Under the pieces are notes generated by a model. It did no database searches and was not told the DNA's origin. It saw only the letters and a program-made list of their open reading frames with translations. 64,000 nt of DNA, taken from IMG/VR virus record IMGVR_UViG_3300003690_003261, positions 6,955 to 70,954 of that record; one strand, 5' to 3'. Positions 38,401 through 48,506 of this stretch are shown here, piece by piece (the stretch's first letter is position 1; every line of letters begins with the position of its first letter). The translations under genes were made by a program, and so were the position numbers. This DNA is from a virus.

Positions 38401-41400
38401 TTTCATCTGGGCGGCGTGTGAGCGTTGGATCTACTAAGTTTTCTCCTCTTCCATACAGGTTGATAATTTCTGCCGGCGTTAGGTCGCGCCCCCAAATGCC
38501 CACCCCTTGAATAAAACCGTCGAACTCCCGGTTCACCGCGGTGGAAGAATTACCGATTATTGAATCGTTGGTGAGTACATCTGGTCCGTTAAGCTGCTGG
38601 TCAACAACTGTATCAAGTTCTCCATTGATATAAATCTTCATATAATCAGCGGTGTTGGCGCCGCCAGGATCACCGCCGGCATAGGTTACCACCACATGCA
38701 TCCACTCATTGGTCTTTGTCTGGTGGTCGGTTCTTACTTTACCGTCCTGGGTGCCCTCTATCTCAAATCTTACATTGGCAGAAGTATACAAATATATAGT
38801 CCTGCGCCCAGCACTGCCCATATCCACAATTCGTGGAGCGGCGTTGTTGTCCACGCTCCTTGGTCGGACCCAGGCGGAAATAGTGAAGGGCAGCGCGTCG
38901 TCGTTTGTTCCCCCTATTAGCGCATCCCAAACAGTGCTAGTTCCAATATTAACTTCACTGGTAGTCCCATTAAACTCACCCGCATAATTAACCTTCGACC
39001 ATTGCAGCTGTCTCTTCGCATTCCTGTTCACCTTGTGGTAGGAGGGCGTCGTAACGTACGTGAGAGTCGGCACAGAGCCGTATGCGGCGTCGGAACCGAA
39101 TGGGCCGCAGTGGAGGTCAAAACGCTGGTTCAAACCCCTCACCTTGCCGAGCTGGTCCTGTACGCGGAGGGTGTCGATTATTGACGGATCCACAGACGCA
39201 GAGCCTGAAAGACCGTAGTTGATGACAGAAAGATTATGATAAGGCAGCGCATTGTAAACTGACATTTCTTCGTGTGCGGGGTCCATGTACCCGCGCGACA
39301 TTACTTCATAGCCGCTGCCAGCAAATCGATTTACAACAATCGATTGATTCGAGGCGGAGCCGATTCTGCTAGGTAATTCATAGTCTAGGTTACCGCCCGG
39401 GTTGGCCGTTGATCCAGTAGAAAGTGGAAAGCGCCCTCTTGTTGCCATGGTCTCCGGGTGCAATGCAAAATTAAATGATTGATCGTTGAAGAATGGATCG
39501 TTCTTTCTGCGTGAATTTGACATCACAACTTGATAATTCTTCTGATAGTTGCCGATTGCGCTGTGTCTTTCGACTCCTTCTAACCTCGTACCAACAGAAG
39601 CAGTCGTCATCATAATGTTTTGAATATTGACTGGTCTCTTGGCTCCTACATTTCGCAAATGTTGTCCTGTCGGAGTATCGGCGTTATATCCCACATCATT
39701 GTCGGCATAATTGGGAGGTATAATAGATAATTCTTGACCTAAAATCTCTAGCTTAAATCCTTCAGCCCGATTAAGTCCAGTATCGTTACCATCATTTATT
39801 TCTGCATGTCGATAGGTGCGGCCGCCAACAAACTTCTCAGTGAAGGGGCCCTGCGCAGGAATATCTGAGCTGTCGACAAGATCATGGTGAAGATTCGTGA
39901 TTTGAACATTGGGAGCATAGTCTTCAACAACAGTATGGTTATAGCCCGTGGTTACTGAAGAAGAATAGAGGCTGAACGGTAAGAATAGGTTTCCGTCGCC
40001 CTTTATCGGACTTCCGTTATCGCGGTTTATGTCCGGATCCATTCCAAACCCAAGACGCTGTTTATAGGCTGGATGATATACATCCGTGGTGTTAATCAGT
40101 TGTTCAACTTCAGAGCCCATTCCAGCGATGACATTCTCCGGAGCGCCGTCGCGCATGGACCCAAACGGAGTGGTCGCAGTAAACACAAAGTTGATTTTCT
40201 TGTTCGTGTTAAATCCAACGCCGCCTAGCGTGGAGGTACCGCTTCCACCAAATCTATAGGGTGCCTGTTGCGATCGAAAATCCTTGAACTGGTTGGACAT
40301 CAAAACTGTCTGCTTGTTTTTATTGAGAGCAGCCGACGAACCTGAAATTACCTCGTTCCCTCTTTCTGCGCGGGAAGTCCACCAAATATTGTTTTGGGTT
40401 AGGCTGGGGCCACTATAGGGTAATCTAATTGGAGGGGACTCTGTATTGTCCAATGCGTCGGATGGGAAATTAACAGGTGTGCCATTACGGAAACCAGTTT
40501 GATCATATATCGTTCCATCGTAGGTGTCTCGAGAATCGCCTCCTAGTTCCCACCATGAAATCAAATTATCTTTAACGGCGCCCAATGATAATAGATCTAT
40601 TCTATTCCCGCCAGCATAAATTGCAGCTACGTCTTCTTGGCTTAACCCTTTGTTCCATACGGCGACGTCAGCAAAGTGGCCAGGTGCATTTCTCGTCAAA
40701 CCGGCCCCGCCGGCGCCAATTTTGGAGATAGATACACCAATGGCCGCGGGCTCAGCGGAGTTGTTCAGACTATCTGTGGCGTCCGCGCCATTAATATATA
40801 TGTTTGTTAGGCCGTCGCCAGCGCCTCCGCCGGTAAACGTTACAACAATATGGTACCAGGACCCCGCGGATATAACACCTGAAGCGGTGTAGGCCTTGTT
40901 GTTGCCGGCGGCGTTGGCCGCGACGAGCATCGCGGATCCGAGAGTAGCTCCGGTGAACCAGATCGCCCGGCTGTCGTTGCCGAAAGATATTAGCCGAACA
41001 TATTCGTCGACACTGCCGCCCATTTCTGTAGCATACCACCACAGAGAATAAGAATACGGTTTTGCGGTTGCAGCGGCACCGCCGATTAACGCCTCCCACT
41101 CACTGCTGGTGGCATCTTCGGATATTTGAACGTAAGTGTTATCACCATTAAACTCCAACGATCTTTGTTGAGGGGCAAGGGCGCGAGGTGTTGGAGCATG
41201 CGTATACTGCCACCACTTAAAGTTAATGGGCTGAGATGAGCCGATTTGGCGCCGAGAGAACGCGTTCATCGAATAGAAACCGACACCCTGCGGATCACTG
41301 GCCGGTGATGTCGACATCTCGCCGCTCGCTTCGGAGCCAACAGCTGTCCCCTCTGGGTTGGCTGGCTGCTTCTTGACATTCTGAAACTTACTCTGATATT

Positions 41401-44400
41401 TGCTGCGCTCCAGCATGTGGCTTTCAATAATTGTCCTAACGTTCTCGGCAAAATCTGCTGAAGCTGGGACAAGCTGCTGCAGCATCATCGTCAACGACGT
41501 ATCAAACCACTTGTAAAACTCATAAAACTTCTCAAAGTCAATTTCGCTATTACTCACTCTTTCAAAGAAACGTTGCCGTAATATCTTCAGGCCCTTATAC
41601 TCCGACCTATATCGATTTACGGGGTCCCCAATTATATTATTGATGTCTTTTAAGGTGGCGAAATAATTAATCATTTCCACAGAAACTGCGGAAGCCATGC
41701 TCTTCTCAAAGGCGAAGAAATAATTGATAGGCCTCGAATCTTTGGTAAAAATGTTTTGTTCTTGAACGTTAAGAACTTGTACCATCTCGCTTGATTGCAC
41801 GTTTTCTGGTAATTGTAATTTCGAGGAGATGACAAAATCTTTGTCGAGTGCTTTGGTAGAAGACGGAGTGAAGAACTGTCCTCGACCAGTATACTGCTTG
41901 TTGAGAATCTCACCGAGAGCACCAAAGCGAGTTGGATCGGATCCCGATGGTTGTGCATATTCATCCGCGACCGTGAACATTCCCGAGGCATTGGAGCCTG
42001 TATTTTGAGCAAACTCCCAATTAAATACCAATGTGTCAGATTTGAGTATCTCCCCATATGGGGCATTCGGCTCAAATGGATAAGCATAAGAACTCGGGCG
42101 CGTACTACCGTAATTCTGTGTATCGTAGGCATGGCCCAGCAAAGCTTCATCGTCTACATAATCTAGCCAATATCTACAAGCATTAACTTTAATATCTGAC
42201 TTTTGACGTACACGCCCATCGAAATCTGTGCGGTGGGCGCCGATAAATACACGCTTGCTGCCCGTCACGAACCCCGCCGGCGGGGAGGTAACAGATCCAC
42301 TTACTGTAAATTCATTACGAACGACGCCAGCATCAACTTGTACACCATGAAGCTCAACAACATAATTTCCTGAGTCCGCGCCGGATAAGTAAGTGCGAGG
42401 ATAATTTTCTGGTTTGATGCGGACCGCCAAATTCCAATGAGTATTTTCATATACATCTTGGAATAAAGCTGACTGGAGATGAGGTACAAACCCTCCAGCA
42501 GTTCCTGTCAACTCGAAGCGCGCATTATCCGAATCAAGCTCGTCTCGAACGGCGTAAACCTGAAAATTTGTTCTGTCTGGACTCGCCCAGGCCAAATTAG
42601 TTTGAGACTGGTCAGTAGTGTGAACACCAAAGAGCGAGGAACTTATGACATTAGTATTATAATAAAACTTAGAGTCCTTTGTAATTTTAAGCGGGAAAAG
42701 AACGTCGGCCTCTAAAGTCTGGGCATATCCCCCTGTTAGGTGTGTGCTCGGGGGAATAAATCCTGTAGTATTTGCAGCGTCGGCGGAATCTTGATATTGG
42801 AAAACAGACGCCTGGCGCCCGATTTCAGTGTTGAAATCTACAAACCGTTCAGCCACCAAAACGGTACGGCGATTGTTTCTTACTTCGTACTCAATACCAT
42901 TTCCATACATATTAAGCTTGACCAATTCGTCATCAATACCAAAGGCTCGAATTAAATTGCGGAAAGACTTTTCGGTCCCCTTGGTTTTATAAATGTAAAC
43001 CAAGTTGTTGTAGATGTTTTGATAGATGGTGTTTTTGATGTCAGTTAACGATTTCTCGTATACCCTGTCTTCACTTCTGTCTTTTCTCTAATACATCAGC
43101 ATCCACAAACAGATCCGAAGCTACGAGGCCCGTAGAGTTGAGCAGGCGATCAGCAAAAGGAAGCGGTTTGTCGTTGCGATAGGCTTGAGGATAACTTATG
43201 TCTTTGAGGCTCGCTAATTGTTCGATTTGCAAATGTAAAGTATCGAAATAACTGGCTAAAATCTGGGTAAGATACTTTACATTTTTCTGGCCTTCGAAAT
43301 CTTCTTCGGTAATCCACGAAGGAATAGAATTATAAATAGATGCATTGTTATTCACATCATGCTGCGAACCCGTATGCTGGAGAGAGGTGGCAAGAGCAAC
43401 GACGGCTGGGTGAGAAGACCGCATAATAGGGTCTTTAAACTCTTTTGTGGCAGCATTCGACAAAATAATTGCAGATCCGGTGTTACGCGATGTTGAGGTG
43501 TATCCTGTCCACGAACCATTCGTGAGGCGCCCAGAATAATCAAGTACGACCGAATCGAACGAAGAGTTACCGGTAATACCTTCGTTAAATTTATAATAAA
43601 CTCCTAGGGTAGTATTAACATCCTCTGTCGTTTCCACAAATGGGGTGGGATCATTGTTGGTACCCCCGCCCACCTGAGTGAACCAGTGGCGACCAATCTG
43701 TTTGCCATTTCTTTGTGTCTTCCAATATCGAAATTCATCCAGCGAACCACTTAGCTTGCCGGCGCCCGTCATTGTCTCACCGTGATAAACATTTCCTGAA
43801 GGGTTGGTTACAATCGCGCCGATATTTGCCCGCAGAGACCCCACCACATTGTCCAGACCTGACGAACCCAGCAGAGTTTCGCTGTTTAGATCGCCGTCTA
43901 CATAAAACTTCGAAGTAATACCCAAGGCTGCCGTCTTCAAAGTAAGAGCATAATGATGCCAACTATCATCAGCAACCGTAGCTGTGGTGACAGCAGTACT
44001 CCCAACAGTGGCAAATTGAACTCCGGAGGTACCCGAGAGGGCCGTCAGCCTAAACGGGCCGGTTCCTCCAGTCAACTCAAGACGCAAGCGCCCGTATTGA
44101 GCGGACGATGAGAGTTCCCCATTCCATAAATCAAAAATAACCTCTTTTTCTGTAATGTCTATGTCAAAGGCGGTCTTTTTAAGCCAAAATTCTAGGGAGA
44201 CACCCTTATTTTGTAAATCAAACTTAAGATTGCTTTCTCGATTTAGGTCTGGTTCGTAATAGTTAGCGCCACTAAATTGAGTTGCATACGGCGACATCCC
44301 GTAAGGGTTGGGGTGAGGCCCCCCTTCCAGATAAATGTTTTCGGGAGTGAGAGGCGTACCATAACCCTCAAGCTGGGCACCACTCAGATCGCCCCACCCA

Positions 44401-44750
44401 TCGGCCGAAAAGATTATATATCCGTTTGTGCGAGGATACTTTGTGTCAAAAATATAAAGATCCAGATAGGTGGACTCATTTTCCCATTCTAAGCGCTCTT
44501 TTAAAGAACCGTCATAGGGATAATAATTGTAAATGTGATTTAAAGATTGATTATAATACTCTTCAGCCGAGCCATAGCGCGCAAAATTACTAGGGAGCCG
44601 AAAATTAACGCGAGGAATGAACCGCTCTTCGCGAATAATATCCTGCTCTTGGAAGCCGACGGACTCGACTTCGCCCGCTATTTCTTCAGCTGACTTGTTG
44701 GCTAGCGCTTGAATCGTCGTCGCTTTACCAAAATAATCTTTGGCGCTCAT
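32414..44750 (-). CDS. Giant baseplate wedge-like protein with several LamG domains, about 4,110 codons, split by a +1 frame change at about 43082
   Basis: ORF 43071..44750 continues in the +1 frame (DRSEDRVYEKSLTDIKNTIYQNIYNNLVYIYKTKGTEKSFRNLIRAFG) into ORF 32414..43003. The YKxKGT motif is typical of P2 gpI / T4 gp7-type wedge proteins. Several WxHxxxT...Y(I/V)(N/D)G LamG motifs are present. Confidence 0.7.
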
Positions 44751-44757
44751 ACTCTAA

Positions 44758-46272
44758 TTATTCTTCAACTCTAAATTTGAACGTTTGCATTTGTTCTTCC
44801 CAATCTCCTACACTGTCATTATAATAAGATATTTTTATCTCATACATATAACCGGCATCCAGAAGAGCCATATCGAGATCAAAATAATTGCCGTCTTTAT
44901 CGTATGACAAGTACGTACTATAGTTTGATCCTGTCCCATATGGTATAGCAACATAATCGTCCGTAACACGACGAATTGAATAAGACGCGCTGGGCATTAT
45001 ATCAGTGGGGTTGTTAGCGTTCGCTTTAACATAGATGGTTGGGTTCCAATTCCTGTCTCGGATAAAAAATCTGAATCGTGACGTGTCGTTTTGAAGATAA
45101 GACTTCTTAAGATTGGTGCAACTTGTAACTTTAGTAATGGTCGGCGCGGCACTATACGTCGGAAATGCTTCCGGGTACAGAGATCCTGTATAATATTGTA
45201 ATGAACCGCTGTGCCAGACATCAAACAGAGACGAAGCTTCAGACGACGTCGCCGCGAGGGCAGCGGTATATATTCCTGTTTTCACCCACGAAGCAGTTAT
45301 ATTAACGTTCCCATTCCATAAAGTTATTTTAGAACCTTTGGGAACAGTTGTCCCATCATATAAAGAAACATAAACGTCGCCGGTTCCTACACTTGGCAAA
45401 TTAACCAAGCGGCCGCGGACATAGTTATACAAGTAGAGGTTGTTCAAATTATCCGCGGCTGGGGCGAAAGAACTGGAATAGAAGAAATATTCTCTGTCAT
45501 CCTGAATCCTTGAGTCCCACCGAGCTTCGATGGCCGGCTTCTTAAAAAAGAACTCCGTGGACCTAGAGAAAAACTTCTTCGTATAATAAGATGTTGTTGC
45601 TCCTCCAGGATTATTGATAAGAACCGTCGTATCCTGGCCCGTAGAACTTGAAAAGTAACCTTCTTGACTCGAGGATAAGTGGATCCCCACTCCATAGTTA
45701 TTAGCATAAGCTGGATCTGCGCCAGATATCCACTTCTCTATCAAACCTGTAATATTTAAATCTATATTTTCATAACCCTTTGGAAAAGAAACAGAGTAGT
45801 TCGAACCAGTTCGGTAATCACCACCGATAGAAGTCCAGACGCCACCGTCTCCAGAAGCTGACAATCGAGCCTTGAGCCAATTTGCAGACCCCAAGTCCTT
45901 ATACTCGTCCATATCAAGCCCGGTTCCCTCGGACCAAGATCGTGATAGAGGGGCGATTGTTAAACTAAACCCTTGAGGAAGAGTAAAAGGATGCTGCGCA
46001 TTATACATCTTTAAATAAAAGGATACGCTTCCTGATGCAGGAATAGTACCGGCAGTTCTAGCTGCTGAAATAGACGTAATGGGAAACTTTATTAACATCC
46101 TAGACAACTCTTGAGATTGCCCGGTAGAACCGCTGGTTTGACCGTAGATGGAGAAAACCTCTAGGGAGTCAGCATAACCCATGTTTGACCCAGTTCCTCG
46201 TGTAGAGAGACCCGACTCAAAAGCATTAGTTATGGTTGTATCGGCGCTTGCAACGAATTTTAAAATGCCCAC
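44758..46272 (-). CDS. Baseplate-associated structural protein (504 aa), possibly DNRLRE-like fold
   Basis: Motifs ELSRMLIKF and PLSRSWSEGTG; lies between the gp6-like gene and the giant wedge gene. Confidence 0.5.
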   Translation of the reverse strand: MGILKFVASADTTITNAFESGLSTRGTGSNMGYADSLEVFSIYGQTSGSTGQSQELSRMLIKFPITSISAARTAGTIPASGSVSFYLKMYNAQHPFTLPQGFSLTIAPLSRSWSEGTGLDMDEYKDLGSANWLKARLSASGDGGVWTSIGGDYRTGSNYSVSFPKGYENIDLNITGLIEKWISGADPAYANNYGVGIHLSSSQEGYFSSSTGQDTTVLINNPGGATTSYYTKKFFSRSTEFFFKKPAIEARWDSRIQDDREYFFYSSSFAPAADNLNNLYLYNYVRGRLVNLPSVGTGDVYVSLYDGTTVPKGSKITLWNGNVNITASWVKTGIYTAALAATSSEASSLFDVWHSGSLQYYTGSLYPEAFPTYSAAPTITKVTSCTNLKKSYLQNDTSRFRFFIRDRNWNPTIYVKANANNPTDIMPSASYSIRRVTDDYVAIPYGTGSNYSTYLSYDKDGNYFDLDMALLDAGYMYEIKISYYNDSVGDWEEQMQTFKFRVEE

Positions 46273-48068
46273 TATCTTATGGTCCCCTGAATGTCAGCAT
46301 TCGGAAATTTAAGTTCAAAAATAGTTGTCTCGGCGGCATTGATCATCTTTCCATCTGCAGACAACTTAGATTGAAAATCATAATTGCTTTCGGAATACCG
46401 GCCGCCTTGTTTCGGAATCATTTGCACATCAAATACGTCCAAAACTCCTTTAACTTTGAGTAGTTCACGATAAACATCCGACAAAAGAAGTGGCTCACCA
46501 ATATCAAACTGATTCTTTGCATAAAATTTAGCTAAGCGAGCGCCGGCTCTATTAATGACCGTATAACGATTAGCATTCGCTTCTAAATTAATTTGATATT
46601 TAATTCCAAAATTTACTATCTCCGCATCTAAAATGTCAACCGTATCATTAACCATCTTATATGGTCCAATCCAATTTTTTATATTATTTTTTAGAGTTGT
46701 ATTAGATGGAGTCAGCTTGCCACTTGTATTCGTGGAGATGACATATAGATTGAGATTTCTTTTAAACTCATCAAAATCTTTAACAATTCGAGCGCGATGG
46801 ATGGCGCCGAATTTTCCAGGCATCCCATAAACTATTGCCTGATAATCTTGAACAGTTACGGCACGATTTTGAGTAGCAAAATAGCCCTTTACTCGTTGTT
46901 TAATATCCTCAGAGCTGGGGAGACTAATACTGCCCACAAATGCTTCCTCGTTGGTGACTTCTAGAGAGTTCCGGACCGCGGCCCTTGTCGCGACCAAAAG
47001 TGATCCCTGGTCATTAAACTTAAAATTAGGGGATGCAACTCTAGTAATGGTGTCTACAGCCGCATTGACATCATTACCACTGTTTAATCGATAAGTTACT
47101 CGCAGTTTAGTGTTAGAGGGTGCAATCCCAAACTTATCTGTACTAATAAGTTTGGTAGGATCAAAATCTAAATCTGTTATATAATTTCTGCCGGTCATAT
47201 CAAGCATAAGGTTGGTGGGATCTAATACAGAATTACTTAATAATTCCGAATCTGAGCCATATCCAAACTGTAGGAACGACGAAACAGAAGTTTGTTCTAG
47301 TACAAAGCGACGCGCTACGGGGACCGCTTTAAGAATATTCGGTACCGTTGAACGATTAGAATCCGAATTGCGAACAGCCTTATAAATAGTATTTTGAGAA
47401 AGATTGTCTACCTGAACATATTCATGACCTTCTGAATCTACTACGCTTAAAATATCTGCGACATTCACATTGGAAAGAGGAATTTTTAAAAACCTTTGAA
47501 ACTCTCCTATAGTAAACTCTTGTACTGTTGCCTTCCCGGAAACGCCGCGGCCCAAGGATCGAATAATATAGGCCGTGGCTGTGCCGGTATCGGAGTCTGC
47601 TTCGCCCACCACGACTTGATTGGTGGGTGTCGCGAAATTAACATTCTCTAAAAGAGTGTAGCCTCCCCCTCCCGTCGACGTGAATGTCGAACCCGCGCGC
47701 AGAGTTGGTGCATAGGATAAATCTGGGCCGCCGCCAACAGACGTGGCCGGGACTCTAATATAGAAGGTTAATAGACCGAAAGAAGAGGGGCTTGCAGGGA
47801 GGCGGAACCCTAACTGCCGAGCGTGTCTCACAACATTATTATATTGTACGGCCGAATCTAAAAAGCTTTCGTTTGCCTGATAATCTAGATAGAAAGATAA
47901 AATGTCGCCGACATATGAAACAGTGTCCAACATGAGGGACCCAAACGAGGCTTCACTGAAGTCTTTATAAGTATTGGGATAATGCCTTTTGGCATAATTT
48001 TCTAAGTCTCTACGAATTGAATCATAATCGCGACTGGTATAGTTTATGGCTTGTAGTTTCTTTGGCAT
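46272..48068 (-). CDS. Baseplate wedge subunit (T4 gp6 / baseplate J-like)
   Basis: INYTSRDYDSIRRDL, DILSFYLDYQANESFLDSA, ARQLGFR and ATQNRAVTVQDY. Confidence 0.88.
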   Translation of the reverse strand: MPKKLQAINYTSRDYDSIRRDLENYAKRHYPNTYKDFSEASFGSLMLDTVSYVGDILSFYLDYQANESFLDSAVQYNNVVRHARQLGFRLPASPSSFGLLTFYIRVPATSVGGGPDLSYAPTLRAGSTFTSTGGGGYTLLENVNFATPTNQVVVGEADSDTGTATAYIIRSLGRGVSGKATVQEFTIGEFQRFLKIPLSNVNVADILSVVDSEGHEYVQVDNLSQNTIYKAVRNSDSNRSTVPNILKAVPVARRFVLEQTSVSSFLQFGYGSDSELLSNSVLDPTNLMLDMTGRNYITDLDFDPTKLISTDKFGIAPSNTKLRVTYRLNSGNDVNAAVDTITRVASPNFKFNDQGSLLVATRAAVRNSLEVTNEEAFVGSISLPSSEDIKQRVKGYFATQNRAVTVQDYQAIVYGMPGKFGAIHRARIVKDFDEFKRNLNLYVISTNTSGKLTPSNTTLKNNIKNWIGPYKMVNDTVDILDAEIVNFGIKYQINLEANANRYTVINRAGARLAKFYAKNQFDIGEPLLLSDVYRELLKVKGVLDVFDVQMIPKQGGRYSESNYDFQSKLSADGKMINAAETTIFELKFPNADIQGTIR

Positions 48069-48084
48069 CCAAATGCTCCCGATA

Positions 48085-48092
48085 ATAATTAG
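48085..48092 (-). promoter_or_regulatory. Putative late-promoter motif CTAATTAT
   Basis: 16 nt upstream of ATG 48068, 5' of a GGGAG RBS. Confidence 0.5.
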
Positions 48093-48094
48093 TT

Positions 48095-48481
48095 CTAAAA
48101 ATCAATTTGAAGCGTAGTAGACGCTTGTAATGGTACTATTGTGAAGTGAATAGACACAGATAAGTCATGGGGATACATATCTGGGTTGTTTTCGGGAACT
48201 GAAAAATCAATTTTGTTGAGCTGAATATAACTCATGTACCTTTTTGTTTGTTCCACAATTCGATCATTGATCATTGCATGTGTAGAGGGGCTATTCGCCT
48301 CAAAAAGATATTGTTTTAGCCCCACCCCATACTCTGGATCCATCATACGCTCGCCAGGAATTGTTAATATGAGCATCTTAAAGTTTTGCTTAATCAACTC
48401 AACCTGATTCCTTATAAGCGCATACGGCCCATCGATGGGACTTACTTGAAGAGGTAATCTGACCGCGAATCCACCTGACAT
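48095..48481 (-). CDS. Baseplate wedge protein gp25-like
   Basis: IKQNFKMLILTIPGERMMDPEYGVGLKQYLFE is the GPW/gp25 signature. Confidence 0.9.
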   Translation of the reverse strand: MSGGFAVRLPLQVSPIDGPYALIRNQVELIKQNFKMLILTIPGERMMDPEYGVGLKQYLFEANSPSTHAMINDRIVEQTKRYMSYIQLNKIDFSVPENNPDMYPHDLSVSIHFTIVPLQASTTLQIDF

Positions 48482-48498
48482 TTTAATATCTCCTTTCT

Positions 48499-48506
48499 AT
48501 AATTAA
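48499..48506 (-). promoter_or_regulatory. Putative late-promoter motif variant TTAATTAT
   Basis: 17 nt upstream of ATG 48481, 5' of an AAGGAG RBS. Confidence 0.4.

Noticed and set aside
44751-44762. ATAATTAG motif-like sequence 3 nt before ATG 44750
   Set aside because: It lacks the initial C, contains the upstream stop codon and is far closer than the 15-20 nt spacing of the other sites.
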